NCBI RefSeq assembly: GCF_009914755.1
Contig: NC_060933.1
Origin: the human T2T-CHM13v2.0 reference genome, Homo sapiens
Reading direction: 5' to 3' (one strand)
Length of the DNA: 64,000 nucleotides
The notes beneath the pieces are model-generated. The model was not told where the DNA came from. It searched no databases and worked only from the letters and a program-made list of their open reading frames with translations. Position numbers and translations under genes: made by a program. How positions within the stretch are numbered: the stretch's first letter is position 1; every line of letters starts with the position of its first letter. Shown in pieces: positions 1-13,000 of the stretch.

Positions 1-3000
1 TTCCATTCCATTTCGTTCCATTCCATTCTATTCCGTATCATTCCATTCCATTCCATTCGATTCCATTGCATTCCATTCCATTCCATTCCATTCCATTGTA
101 CTCGGGTTGATTCAATTCCATTGCATTCCATTCCATTCCATTCCATTCCATTCCATTCCATTCCGTTGCATTCCATTCCATTACATTCGGATTGATTCTA
201 TTCAACTCCCTTACTCTCCATTACATTCCATTCCATTCGGGTTGTTCCATTCCATTCCATTCCATTCCACTCCATTCCATTGCACTTGGGTTGATTCCAT
301 TCCATTCCATTCCATTCCATTCCATTCCATTCCGTTCCGGATGATTCCATTCCATTGCATTCCGTTCCATTACATTCCCCTGCACTCGGGTTTATTCCAT
401 TCCATTGCATTCCATTCCATTCCATTCCATTCCATTCCATTCCATTCCATTCCCCTGCACTCGGGTTGATTCCATTCCATTCCATTCCATTCCATTCGAT
501 TCCATTCCATTCCAATTCTTTCCATTCCATTCTATTCCGTACCATTACATTCCATTCCATACAATTCCATTCCATTCCATTCCACTCTGTTCCGTTCCGT
601 TCCGTTCTGTTCCGTTCCATTCCATTCCATTCCATTCTATTCGGTTTAATTCCATTCCATTCCATTCCATTCCATTCCATTCCATTCCATTCCATTCTAT
701 TCCATTCCATTGCAATCGAGTTGAATCCATTGCATTCCATTCCATTCCATTCCATTCCATTCCATTCAATTCCGGAAGATTCCATTCCATTGCATTCCAT
801 TCCATTCCATTCCATTCCATTCCATTCCATTCCATTCCATTCCATTCCATTCCATTCCATTGTACTCGGGTTGATTCCTTTCCATTGCATTCCATTCCAT
901 TCCATTCCATTCCATTCCATTGCGTTCCATTCCATTCCATTACATTCGGATTGATACATTTCAACTCCCTTACTCTCCATTACATTCCATTCCATTCGGG
1001 TTGTTCCATTCCATTCCTTTCCATTGCACTTCATTCCATTGCACTCTGGTTGATTCCATTCCATTCCATTCCATTCCATTCCGGAAGATTCCATTCCATT
1101 GCATTCCGTTCCATTACGTTCCCCTGCACTCGGGTTGATTCCATTCCATTACTTTCCATTCCATTCGATTCCATTCCATTCCCCTGCACTCGCGTTGATT
1201 CCATTGCATTCCATTCCGTTCCATTCCATTCCATTCCATTCCTTTCCGTTCCGTTCCATTCCATTCCAATCCATTCCATTCCATTCCGTTCCGTTCCATT
1301 CCATTCCATTCCATTCTATTCGGGTTAATTCCATTCCATTCCATTCGATTGCAATCGAGTTGATTCCATTCCATTCCATTCCATTCCATTCCATTCCATT
1401 CCAGTCCTTTCCATTCCTTTCCATTCCATTACTGATGATTCCATTCCATTGCATTCCATTCCATTCCATTCCCCTGTACTCGGGTTGATTCCCTTCCATT
1501 CCATTCCAATCCATGCCATTCCACTCGTGTTGATTCCATTCTTTCCTTTCCATTCAAGTTGAATCCATTCCATTGCATTCCATTCCATTTGATTCCATTC
1601 GATTGCACTCGGGTTGATTCCATTCCATTGCATTCCATTCCATTCCATTCCATTCCATTCCATTCCCTTCCATTCCACTCTGGTTGATTCCATTCCTTTC
1701 CATTCCACTCGAATACATTCCCTCCTATTCCACTCGGAACGATTCCATTCCATTCCATTCCATTCCATTCCATTCCATTCCATTCCATTCCATTCCATTT
1801 CGTTCCATTCCATTCTATTCCGTATCATTCCATTCCATTCCATTCCATTCCATTCCATTCCATTCCATTCCATTCCATTCCGGATGATTCCATTCCATTG
1901 CATTCCGTTCCATTACATTCCCCTGCACTCGCGTTGATTCCATTCCATTCCATTCCATTCCATTCCATTCCATTCCATTACAATTCGTTCCATTCCATTC
2001 TATTCCGTACCATTCAATTCCATTCCATACCATTCCATTCCATTCCATTCCATTCCATTCCATTCCGTTCCATTCCGTTCCATTCCATTCCATTCCATTC
2101 TATTCGGATTAATTCCATTCCATTCCATTCCATTCCATTCTATTCCATTCCATTGAAATCGAGTTGAATCCATTGCATTTCATTCCATTCCATTCCATTC
2201 CATTCCATTCCGGAAGATTCCATTCCATTGCATTCCATTCCATTCCATTCCCCTGCACTCGCGTTGATTCCATTCCATTCCATTCCATTCCATTCCGTTC
2301 CATTCCATTCCATTCCATTCCATTCCATTCCATTCCGTTCCGTTCCATTCCATTCCATTCCATTCTATTCGGGTTAATTCCATTCCATTCCATTCGATTG
2401 CAATCGAGTTGATTCCATTCCATTCCATTCCATTCCATTCCATTCCATTCCATTCCTTTCCATTCCATTACGGATGATTCCATTCCATTGCATTCCATTC
2501 CATTCCATTCCCCTGCACTCGGGTTGATTCCATTCCATTCCACTCCATGCCGTTCCATTCCATTCCATTCCATTGTATTCGGGTTAATTCCATTCCATTC
2601 CATTCCATTCCATTCCATTCCATTCCATTCCATTCCATTACAATCGAGTTGATTCCATTCCATTCCATTCCATTCCATTCCTTTCCATTCCATTCCACTC
2701 GGGTTGATTCCATTCTATTAGTTTCCATTCCATTCCATTCCCTTCCATTCCACTCTTGTTGATACCATTCCTTTCCATTCCACTCGAATACATTCCCTCC
2801 TATTCCACTCGGAACGATTCCATTCCATTCCATTCCATTCCATTTCGTTCCATTCCATTCTATTCCGTATCATTCCATTCCATTCCATTCCATTCCTTTC
2901 CATTCCATTCCATTCCATTGTACTCAGGTTGATTCAATTCCATTGCATTCCATTCCATTCCATTCCATTCCATTCCGTTGCATTCCATTCCTTTACATTC

Positions 3001-6000
3001 GGATTGATTCTATTCAACTCCCTTACTCTCCATTACATTCCATTCCATTCAGGTTGTTCCATTCCATTCCATTCCATTCCACTCCATTCCATTGCACTCG
3101 GGTTGATTCCATTCCATTCCATTCCATTCCATTCCATTCCATTCCATTCCGGATGATTCCATTCCATTGCATTCCGTTCCATTACGTTCCCCTGCACTCG
3201 CGTTGATTCCATTCCATTCCATTCAATTCCATTCCATTACAATTCGTTCCATTCCATTCTATTCCGTACCATTCCATTCAATTGCATACCATTCCATTCC
3301 ATTCCATTCCATTCCATTCCGTTCCATTCCATTCCATTCCATTCCATTCCATTCTATTCGGATTAATTCCATTCCATTCCATTCCATTCCATTCTATTCC
3401 ATTCCATTGCAATCGAGTTGAATCCATTGCATTTCATTCCATTCCATTCCATTCCATTCCTTTCCGGAAGATTCCATTCCATTGCATTCCATTCCATTCC
3501 ATTCCCCTGCACTCGCGTTGATTCCATTCCATTCCATTCCATTCCATTCCATTCCGTTCCGTTCCATTCCATTCCATTCCATTCCATTCCATTCCATTCC
3601 ATTCCTTTCCGTTCCATTCCATTCCATTCCATTCCATTCCAATCCATTCCATTCCGTTCCGTTCCGTTCCATTCCATTCCATTCCATTCTTTTCGGGTTA
3701 ATTCCATTCCATTCCATTCGATTGCAATCGAGTTGATTCCATTCCATTCCATTCCATTCCATTCCATTCCATTCCATTCCTTTCCATTCCATTACGGATG
3801 ATTCCATTCCATTGCATTCCATTCCATTCCATTCCCCTGTACTCGGGTTGATTCCATTCCATTCCATTCCAATCCATGCCATTCCACTCGTGTTGATTCC
3901 ATTCTTTCCATTCCATTCAAGTTGAATCCATTCCATTGCATTCCATTCCATTCGATTCCATTCGATTGCACTCGGGTTGATTCCATTCCATTGTATTCCA
4001 TTCCATTCCATTGTATTCCATTCCATTCCATTCCATTCCATTCCATTCTATTCCGTTCCATTCCATTCCATTACATTCGGATTGATTCTATTCAATTCCC
4101 TTACACTCCATTACATTCCATTCCATTCGGGTAGTTTCCATTCCATTCCATTCCATTCCTCTCCATTGCATTGCAATCGGGTTGATTCCATTCCATTGCA
4201 TTCCATTCCATTCCATTCAATTCCATTCCGTTCCATTCCATTCCATTACATTCGGATTGATTCTATTCAACTCCCTTACTCTCCATTACATTCCATTCCA
4301 TTCGGGTTGTTCCATTCCATTCCATTCCATTCCACTCCATTCCATTGCACTCGGGTTGATTCCATTCCATTCCATTCCATTCCATTCCATTCCGGAAGAT
4401 TCCATTCCATTGCATTCCAATCCATTCCATTCCATTGCACTCGCGTTGATTCCATTCCATTCCATTCCATTCCATTCCATTCCATTCCTTTCCTTTCCAT
4501 TCCATTCCATTCCATTCCAATCCATTCCATTCCGTTCCATTCCGTTCCATTCCATTCCATTCCATTCTATTCGGGTTAATTCCATTCGATTCCTTTCGAT
4601 TGCAATCGAGTTGATTCCATTCCATTCTATTCCATTCCATTCCATTCCATTCCATTCCTTTCCATTCTATTCCATTACGGATGATTCCATTCCATTGCAT
4701 TCCATTCCATTCCATTCCCCTGTACTCGGGTTGATTCCATTCCATTCCATTCCAATCCATGCCATTCCACTCGTGTTGATTCCATTCTTTCCATTCCATT
4801 GAAGTTGAATCCATTCCATTGCATTCCATTCCATTCCATTCCCCTGCAGTCGGGTTGATTCCATTCCATTCCATTCCATTCCATTCCATTCCATTCCATT
4901 CCATTCCGTTCCGTTCCATTCCATTCCATTCCATTCTATTCGGGTTAATTCCATTCCATTCCATTCCAATCGAGTTGATTCCATTCCATTCCTTTCCATT
5001 CCATTCCACTCCATTCCAGTCCTTTCCATTCCATTCCACTCGGGTTGATTCCAATGTATTCCTTTCCATTCCATTCCATTCCATTGCAATCGAGTTGATT
5101 CCATTGCTTTGCATTCCATTCCATTCCATTCCATTCCGGATGATTCCATTCCATTGCATTCCATTCCATTCCATTCCCCTGCACTCGGGTTGATTCCATT
5201 CCATTCCAGTCCATTCCGCTCCATTCCATTCCATTCCAATGTATTCGGGTTAATTCCATTCCATTCCATTCCATTCCATTCCATTCCATTACAATCGAGT
5301 TGATTCCATTCCATTCCATTCCATTCCAGTCCTTTCCGTTCCATTCCACTCGGGTTGATTCCATTCTATTAGTTTCCATTCCATTCCATTCCCTTCCATT
5401 CCACTCTGGTTGATACCATTCCTTTCCATTCCACTCGTATACATTCCCTCCTATTCCACTCGGAACGATTCCATTCCATTCCATTCCATTCCATTCCATT
5501 CCATTCCATTCCATTTCGTTCCATTCCATTCTATTCCGTATCATTCCATTCCATTCCATTCGATTCCATTCCATTCCATTCCATTCCATTCCATTCCCTT
5601 GTACTCGGGTTGATTCAATTCCATTGCATTCCATTCCATTCCATTCCATTCCATTCCATTCCATTCCATTCCATTCCGTTGCATTCCATTCCATTACATT
5701 CGGATTGATTCTATTCAACTCCCTTACTCTCCTTTATATTCCATTGCACTCGGGTTGATTCCATTCCATTCCATTACATTCCATTCCATTCCACTCCATT
5801 CCGGATGATTCCATTCCATTGCATTCCGTTCCATTACATTCCCTTGCACTCGCGTTGATTCCATTCCATTCCATTCCATTCCATTCAATTCCATTCCATT
5901 ACAATTCGTTCCATTCCATTCTATTCCGTACCATTCCATTCCATTCCATACCATTCCATTCCATTCCATTCCATTCCATTCCGTTCCATTCCGTTCCATT

Positions 6001-6650
6001 CCGTTCCATTCCATTCCATTCCATTCTATTCGGATTAATTCCATTCCATTCCATTCTATTCCATTCCATTGCAATCGAGTTGAATCCATTGCATTTCATT
6101 CCATTCCATTTCATTCCATTCCATTCCGGAAGATTCCATTCCATTACATTCCATTCCATTCCATTCCCCTACAGTCGCGTTGATTCCATTCCATTCCATT
6201 CCATTCCATTCCATTCCATTCCGTTCCGTTCCATTCCATTCCATTCCATTCCATTTCATTCCGTTCCGTTCCATTCTATTCCATTCCATTCCATTCTATT
6301 CGGGTTAATTCCATTCCATTCCATTCGATTGTAATCGAGTTGATTCCATTCCATTCCATTCCATTCCATTCCATTCCATTCCATTCCATTCCTTTCCATT
6401 CCATTACGGATGATTCCATTCCATTGCATTCCATTCCATTCCATTCCCCTGTACTCGGGTTGATTCCATTCCATTCCATTCCAATCCATGCCATTCCACT
6501 CGTGTTGATTCCATTCTTTCCATTCCATTCAAGTTGAATCCATTCCATTGCATTCCATTCCATTCGATTCCATTCCATTGCACTCGGGTTGATTCCATTC
6601 CATTCCATTCCATTCGATTCCATTCCATTCCATTCCATTCCGTTCCATTC
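1..6650 (+). repeat. HSat3 block built from HOR sub-modules in non-HOR (shuffled) order
   Basis: Contains the same modules as the HOR (GGAACG module at ~1735, 2810, 5461; HSE module at ~770, 1079, 2208, 3463, 4390, 6124) but lacks HOR markers such as GAAGGC, AATGATTGATT and CATGGCA. Carries markers (CAATTCTTTCC 514, TCGGTTTAAT 641, CCAATGTATTCC 5051, TTGCTTTGC 5104) shared with 32.1-38.1 kb. Confidence 0.7.
3838..3982 (-). repeat. pHuR98-like Sat III module (representative copy; about 4 per 8 kb HOR)
   Basis: The minus strand reads AATCAACCCGAGTGCAATCGAATGGAATCG...GGATTCAACTTGAATGGAATGGAAAGAATGGAATCAACACGAGTGGAATGGCATGGATTGG...AATCAACCCGAGTACA. This matches my recollection of the chr9 Sat III clone pHuR98 and its primer; not database-verified. 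Confidence 0.7.
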
Positions 6651-8058
6651 CATTTCTTTACATTCAGATTGATTCTATTCAATTCCCTTACACTCCATTA
6701 TATTCCAATCCATTCTGGTTGTTTCCATTCCATTCCATTCCATTTCACTCCATTCCATTGCACTCGGTTTGATTCCATTCCATTCCATTCCATTCCATTC
6801 CGGATGATTCCATTGCATTGCATTCCATTCCATTCCATTCCCCTGCACTCAGGTTGATTCCATTCCATTCCATTCCACTCCATTCGGTTCTGTTCCATTC
6901 CATTCTATTGCATTCCATTCTATTCGGGTTAATTCCATTCCATTCTATTCCATTCCATTCCATTCCATTCCATTGAAATGGAGTTGATTCCATTCCATTC
7001 CATTCCATTCCGGATGATTCCATTCCATTGCATTCCATTCCATTCCATTACCCTGCACTCGTGTTGATTCCATTACCTTCCATTCCATTCCAATCCGTTC
7101 CATTCCATTGCATTCCATTCTATTCCGGTTAATTCAATTCCATTCCATTCCATTCCATTCCATTCCATTCCATTCCATTCCATTCCATTGTAATCGAGTT
7201 AATTCCATTCCATTCCTTTCCATTCCATTCCATTTCCTTGCATTCCCATCGGGTTGATTCCATTCCCTTCTTTCCACTCCATTACATTCCCTTCCATTCC
7301 ACTCGGAATGATTGATTCCATTCCATTCCATTCCATTTCCTTCCGTTGCAATCCATTCCAATCCATTCCATTCCATTCCATTCCACTCGAGTTGATTTCC
7401 TTCCATTCCTTTCCATTCCATTCCATTCCTTTCCACTCGAGTTGATTCCATTCCCTTCCATTCCATTGCATTCCTTTCCTTGCCATTCAACTCGGGTTGA
7501 TTCCATTCCTTTGCATTCCATTCCATTCCATTCCATTCCATTCCATTCCATTCCGTTGCATTCCATTCCATTACATTCGGATTGATTCTATTCAACTCAC
7601 TTACTCTGCATTACATTCCATTCCATTCAGGTTGTTCCATTCCATTCCATTCCATTCCACTCCATTCCATTGCACTCGGGTTGATTCCATTCCATTCCAT
7701 TCCATTCCATTCCATTCCATTCCATTCCGGATGATTCCATTCCATTGCATTCCGTTCCATTACATTCCCCTGCACTCGCGTTGATTCCATTCCATTCCAT
7801 TCCATTCCATTCAATTCCATTCCATTACAGTTCGTTCCATTCCATTCTATTCCGTACCATTCCATTCCATTCCATACCATTCCATTCCATTCCATTCCAT
7901 TCCATTCCATTCTGTTCCATTCCGTTCCATTCCATTCCATTCCATTCCATTCTATTCGGGTTAATTCCATTCCATTCCATTCCATTCCATTCTATTCCAT
8001 TCCATTGTAATCGAGTTGAATCCATTGCATTTCATTCCATTCCATTCCATTCCATTCC

Positions 8059-8074
8059 ATTCCGGAAGTTTCCA
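8059..8074. promoter_or_regulatory. Composite HSE + ETS (CCGGAAGT) + TonE-like site ATTCCGGAAGTTTCCA (6 copies)
   Basis: Fits nTTCnnGAAnnTTCn and contains CCGGAAGT; the minus strand TGGAAACTTCC fits TGGAAANNYNY. Copies have GGAAGTTTCC at ~8064, 15924, 23909, 40532, 46018, 60925. Motif match only. Confidence 0.4.
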
Positions 8075-10041
8075 TTCCATTGCATTCCATTCCATTCCAT
8101 TCCCCTGCACTCGCGTTGATTCCATTCCATGCCATTCCATTCCATTCCATTCCATTCCATTCCATTCCATTCCGTTCCGTTCCGTTCCGTTCCGTTCCGT
8201 TCCATTCCATTCCATTCCATCACATTCCATTCCTTTCCGTTCCATTCCATTCCATTCCATTCTATTCGGGTTAATTCCATTCCATTCCATTCGATTGCAA
8301 TCGTGTTGATTCCATTCCATTCCTTTCCATTCCATTCCATTCCATTCCATTCCTTTCCATTCCATTACGGATGATTCCATTCCATTGCATTCCATTCCAT
8401 TACATTCCCCTGTACTCGGGTTGATTCCATTCCATTGCATTCCAATCCATGCCCTTCCACTCGTGTTGATTCCATTCTTTCCATTCCATTCTAGTTGAAT
8501 CCATTAAATTGCATTCCATTTCATTCGATTCCATTCGATTGCACTCGGGTTGATTCCATTCCATTGCATTCCATTCCATTCCATTCCGTTCCATTCCATT
8601 CCATTACATTCGGATTGATTCTATTCAATTCCCTTACACTCCATTATATTCCATTCCATTCGGGTTGATTCCATTCCATTCCATTCCATTCCATTCCATT
8701 CCATTCCATTACAATCGAGTTGATTCCATTCCATTCCATTCCATTTCAGTCCTTTCCATTCCATTCCACTAGGGTTGATTCCATTCTATTAGTTTCCATT
8801 CCATTCCATTTCCTTCCATTCCACTCTGGTTGATTCCATTCCTTTCCATTCCACTCGAATACATTCCCTCCTATTCCACTCGGAACGATTCCATTCCATT
8901 CCATTCCATTCCATTCCATTCCATTTCGTTCCATTCCATTCTATTCCGTATCATTCCATTCCATTCCATTCCATTCCATTCCATTCCATTCCATTCCATT
9001 GTACTCGGGTTGATTCCATTCCATTCCATTCCATTCCATTCGAATCCATTCCATTCCCCTGCACTCGCGTTGATTCCATTCCATTCCATACCATTCCATT
9101 CCATTCCATTCCATTCCTTTCCATTCCATTCCTTTCCATTCCAGTCCTTTCCATTCCATTCCACTCGGGTTGATTCCATTCTATTAGTTTCTATTCCATT
9201 CCTTTCCCTTCCATTCCACTCTGGTTGATTCCATTCCTTTCCATTCCACTCGAATACATTCCCTCCTATTCCACTCGGAACGATTCCATTCCATTCCATT
9301 CCATTCCATTCCATTCCATTCCATTCCATTCCATTCCATTTCGTTGCATTCCATTCTATTCCGTATCATTCCATTCCATTCCATTCCATTCCATTCCATT
9401 CCACTCGTGTTGATTCCATTCCTTTCCATTCCATTCGGGTTGAAGGCATTCCATTCCATTCCATTCCATTCCATTCCATTCCATTCAATTGTACTCGGGT
9501 TGATTCCATTCCATTGCATTCCATTCCATTCCATTCCATTCCATTCCGTTGCATTGCATTCCATTACATTCGGATTGATTCTATTCAACTCCCTTACTCT
9601 CCATTACATTCCATTCCATTCGGGTTGTTCCATTCCATTCCATTCCATTCCACTCCATTCCATGGCACTCGGGTTGATTCCATTCCATTCCATTCCATTC
9701 CATTCCGGATGATTCCATTCCATTGCATTCCGTTCCATTACATTCCCCTGCACTCGCGTTGATTCCATTCCATTCCATTCCATTCCATTCAATTCCATTC
9801 CATTACAATTCGTTCCATTCCATTCTATTCCGTACCATTCCATTCCTTTCCATACCATTCCATTCCATTCCATTCCATTCCATTCCATTCCATTCCGTTC
9901 CATTCCGTTCCATTCCATTCCATTCCATTCTATTCGGGTTAATTCCATTCCATTCCATTCCATTCCATTCCATTCTATTCCATTCCATTGCAATCGAGTT
10001 GAATCCATTGCATTTCATTCCATTCCATTCCATTCCATTCC

Positions 10042-10056
10042 ATTCCGGAAGATTCC
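10042..10056. promoter_or_regulatory. Perfect three-unit heat shock element aTTCc-gGAAg-aTTCc (representative of ~34 copies)
   Basis: ATTCCGGAAGATTCC fits the canonical HSF consensus nTTCnnGAAnnTTCn exactly. HSF1 is known to bind 9q12 Sat III in nuclear stress bodies. Occupancy of this site is not shown. Confidence 0.55.
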
Positions 10057-13000
10057 ATTCCATTGCATTCTATTCCATTCCATTCCCCTGCACTCGCGTT
10101 GATTCCATTCCATTCCATTCCATTCCATTCAATTCCATTCCATTCCGTTCCGTTCCATTCCATTCCATTCCATTCCATTCCATTCCATTCCGTTCCGTTC
10201 CATTCCATTCCATTCCATTCTATTCGGGTTAATTCCATTCCATTCCGTTCGATTGCAATCGACTTGATTCCATTCCATTCCATTCCATTGCATTCCATTC
10301 CATTCCATTCCATTCCTTTCCATTCCATTACGGATGATTCCATTCCATTGCATTCCATTCCATTCCATTCACCTGTACTCGGGTTGATTCCATTCCATTC
10401 CATTCCAATCCTTGCCATTCCACTCGTGTTGATTCCATTCTTTCCATTCCATTCAAGTTGAATCCATTCCATTGCATTCCATTCCATTCCATTCCATTCG
10501 ATTGCACTCAGGTTGATTCCATTCCATTGCATTCCATTCCATTCCATTCCATTCCATTCCATTCCATTCCATTCCGTTCCATTCCATTCCATTACATTCG
10601 GATTGATTCTATTCAATTCCCTTACACTCCATTACATTCCATTCCATTCGGGTAGTTTCCACTCCATTCCATTCCATTCCTCTCCATTCCTTTGCACTCG
10701 GGTTGATTGCATTCCATTGCATTCCATTCCATTCCATTCAATTCCATTCCGTTCCATTCCATTCCATTACATTCGGATTGATTCTATTCAACTCCCTTAC
10801 TCTCCATTACATTTGATTCCATTCGGGTTGTTCCATTCCATTCCATTCCATTCCACTGCATTCCATTGCACTCGAGTTGATTCCATTCCATTCCATTACA
10901 TTCCGGAAGATTCCATTCCATTACATTCCATTACATTCCATTCCCCTGCACTCGCGTTGATTCCATTCCATTCCATTCCATTCCATTCCATTCCTTTCCG
11001 TTCCATTCCATTCCATTCCATTCCATTCCATTCCGTTCCGTTCCGTTCCATTCCATTCCATTCCATTCTATTCGGGTTAATTCCATTCCATTCCATTCGA
11101 TTGCAATCGAGTTGATTCCATTCCATTCCATTCCATTCCATTCCATTCCATTCCATTCCTTTCCATTCCATTACGGATGATTCCATTCCATTGCATTCCA
11201 TTCCATTACATTCCCCTGTACTCGGGTTGATTCCATTCCATTGCATTCCAATCCATGCCCTTCCACTCGTGTTGATTCCATTCTTTCCATTCCATTCAAG
11301 TTGAATCCATTCCATTGCATTCCATTCCATTCGATTCCATTCGATTGCACTCGGGTTGATTCCATTCCATTGCATTCCATTCCATTCCATTCCGTTCCAT
11401 TCTCTTCCATTACATTCGGATTGATTCTATTCAATTCCCTTACACTCCATTATATTCCATTCCATTCGGGTTGATTCCATTCCATTCCATTCCATTCCAT
11501 TCCATTCCATTACAATCGAGTTGATTCCATTCCATTCCATTCCATTCCAGTCCTTTCCATTCCATTCCACTAGGGTTGATTCCATTCTATTAGTTTCCAT
11601 TCCATTCCATTCCCTTCCATTCCACTCTGGTTGATTCCATTCCTTTCCATTCCACTCGAATACATTCCCTCCTATTCCACTCGGAACGATTCCATTCCAT
11701 TCCATTCCATTCCATTCCATTCCATTCCATTCCACTCCATTCCATTCCATTCCATTTCGTTCCATTCCATTCCACTCGTGTTGATTCCATTACTTTCCAT
11801 TCCATTCGGTTTGAAGGCATTCCATTCCATTCAATTCCATTCCATTCCATTCCATTCCATTCCATTCCATTCCATTGTATTCGGGTTGATTCAATTCCAT
11901 TGCATTCCATTCCATTCCATTCCGTTGCATTCCATTCCATTTCATTCGGATTGATTGTATTCAAATCCCATACTCTCCATTACATTCCATTCCATTCGGG
12001 TTGTTCCATTCCATTCCATTCCATTCCATTCCATTCTATTCCATTCCATACCATTCCATTCCATTCCATTCCATTCCATTCCGTTCCATTCCGTTCCATT
12101 CCATTCCATTCAATTCTATTCGGGTTAATTCCATTCCATTCCATTCCATTCTATTCCATTCCATTGCAATCGAGTTGAATCCATTGCATTTCATTCCATT
12201 CCATTCCATTCCATTCCATTCCGGAAGATTCCATTCCATTGCATTCCATTCCATTCCATTCCCCTGCACTCGCGTTGATTCCATTCCATTCCATTCCATT
12301 CCATTCCATTCCGTTCCGTTCCGTTCCATTCCATTCCATTCCATTCCATTCCATTCCATTCCATTCCGTTCCGTTCCATTCCATTCCATTCCACTCTATT
12401 CGGGTTAATTCCATTCCATTCCATTCGATTGCAATCGAGTTGATTCCATTCCATTCCATTCCATTCCATTCCATTCCATTCCTTTCCCCTGTACTCGGGT
12501 TGATTCCATTCCATTCCATTCCAATCCATGCCATTCCACTCGTGTTGATTCCATTCTTTCCTTTCCATTCAAGATGAATCCATTCCATTGCATTCCATTC
12601 CATTCGATTCCATTCGTTTGCACTCGTGTTGATTCCATGGCATTGCATTCCATTCCATTCCATTCCATTCCATTCCATTCCATTCCATTCCTTTCCATTC
12701 CATTCCATTTCATTTGGATTCATTCTATTCAATTCCCTTACACTCCATTACATTCCATTCCATTCCGGTTGTTCCATTCCATTCCATTCCATTCCACTCC
12801 ATTCCATTGCACTGGGGTTGATTCCATTCCATTCCTTTCCATTCCATTCCATTCCATTCCGGATGATTCCATTCCATTGCATTCCGTTCCATTCCATTCC
12901 CCTGCAGTCGCGTTGATTCCATTCCATTCCATTCCATTCCATTCCATTCCATTCCATTCCATTCCATTCCATTCCATTGTACTCGGGTTGATTCCATTCC

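Noticed and set aside
105-120. DUX4-like site in GGTTGATTCAATTCC / GATTGATTCTATTCA
   Set aside because: At least two mismatches to TAAYYYAATCA; DUX4 binding is mainly described for HSATII.
10043-10050. TTCCGGAA palindrome as a STAT/GAS site
   Set aside because: The spacing is TTC-N2-GAA, whereas canonical GAS needs N3 (N4 for STAT6). It fits HSE geometry better.
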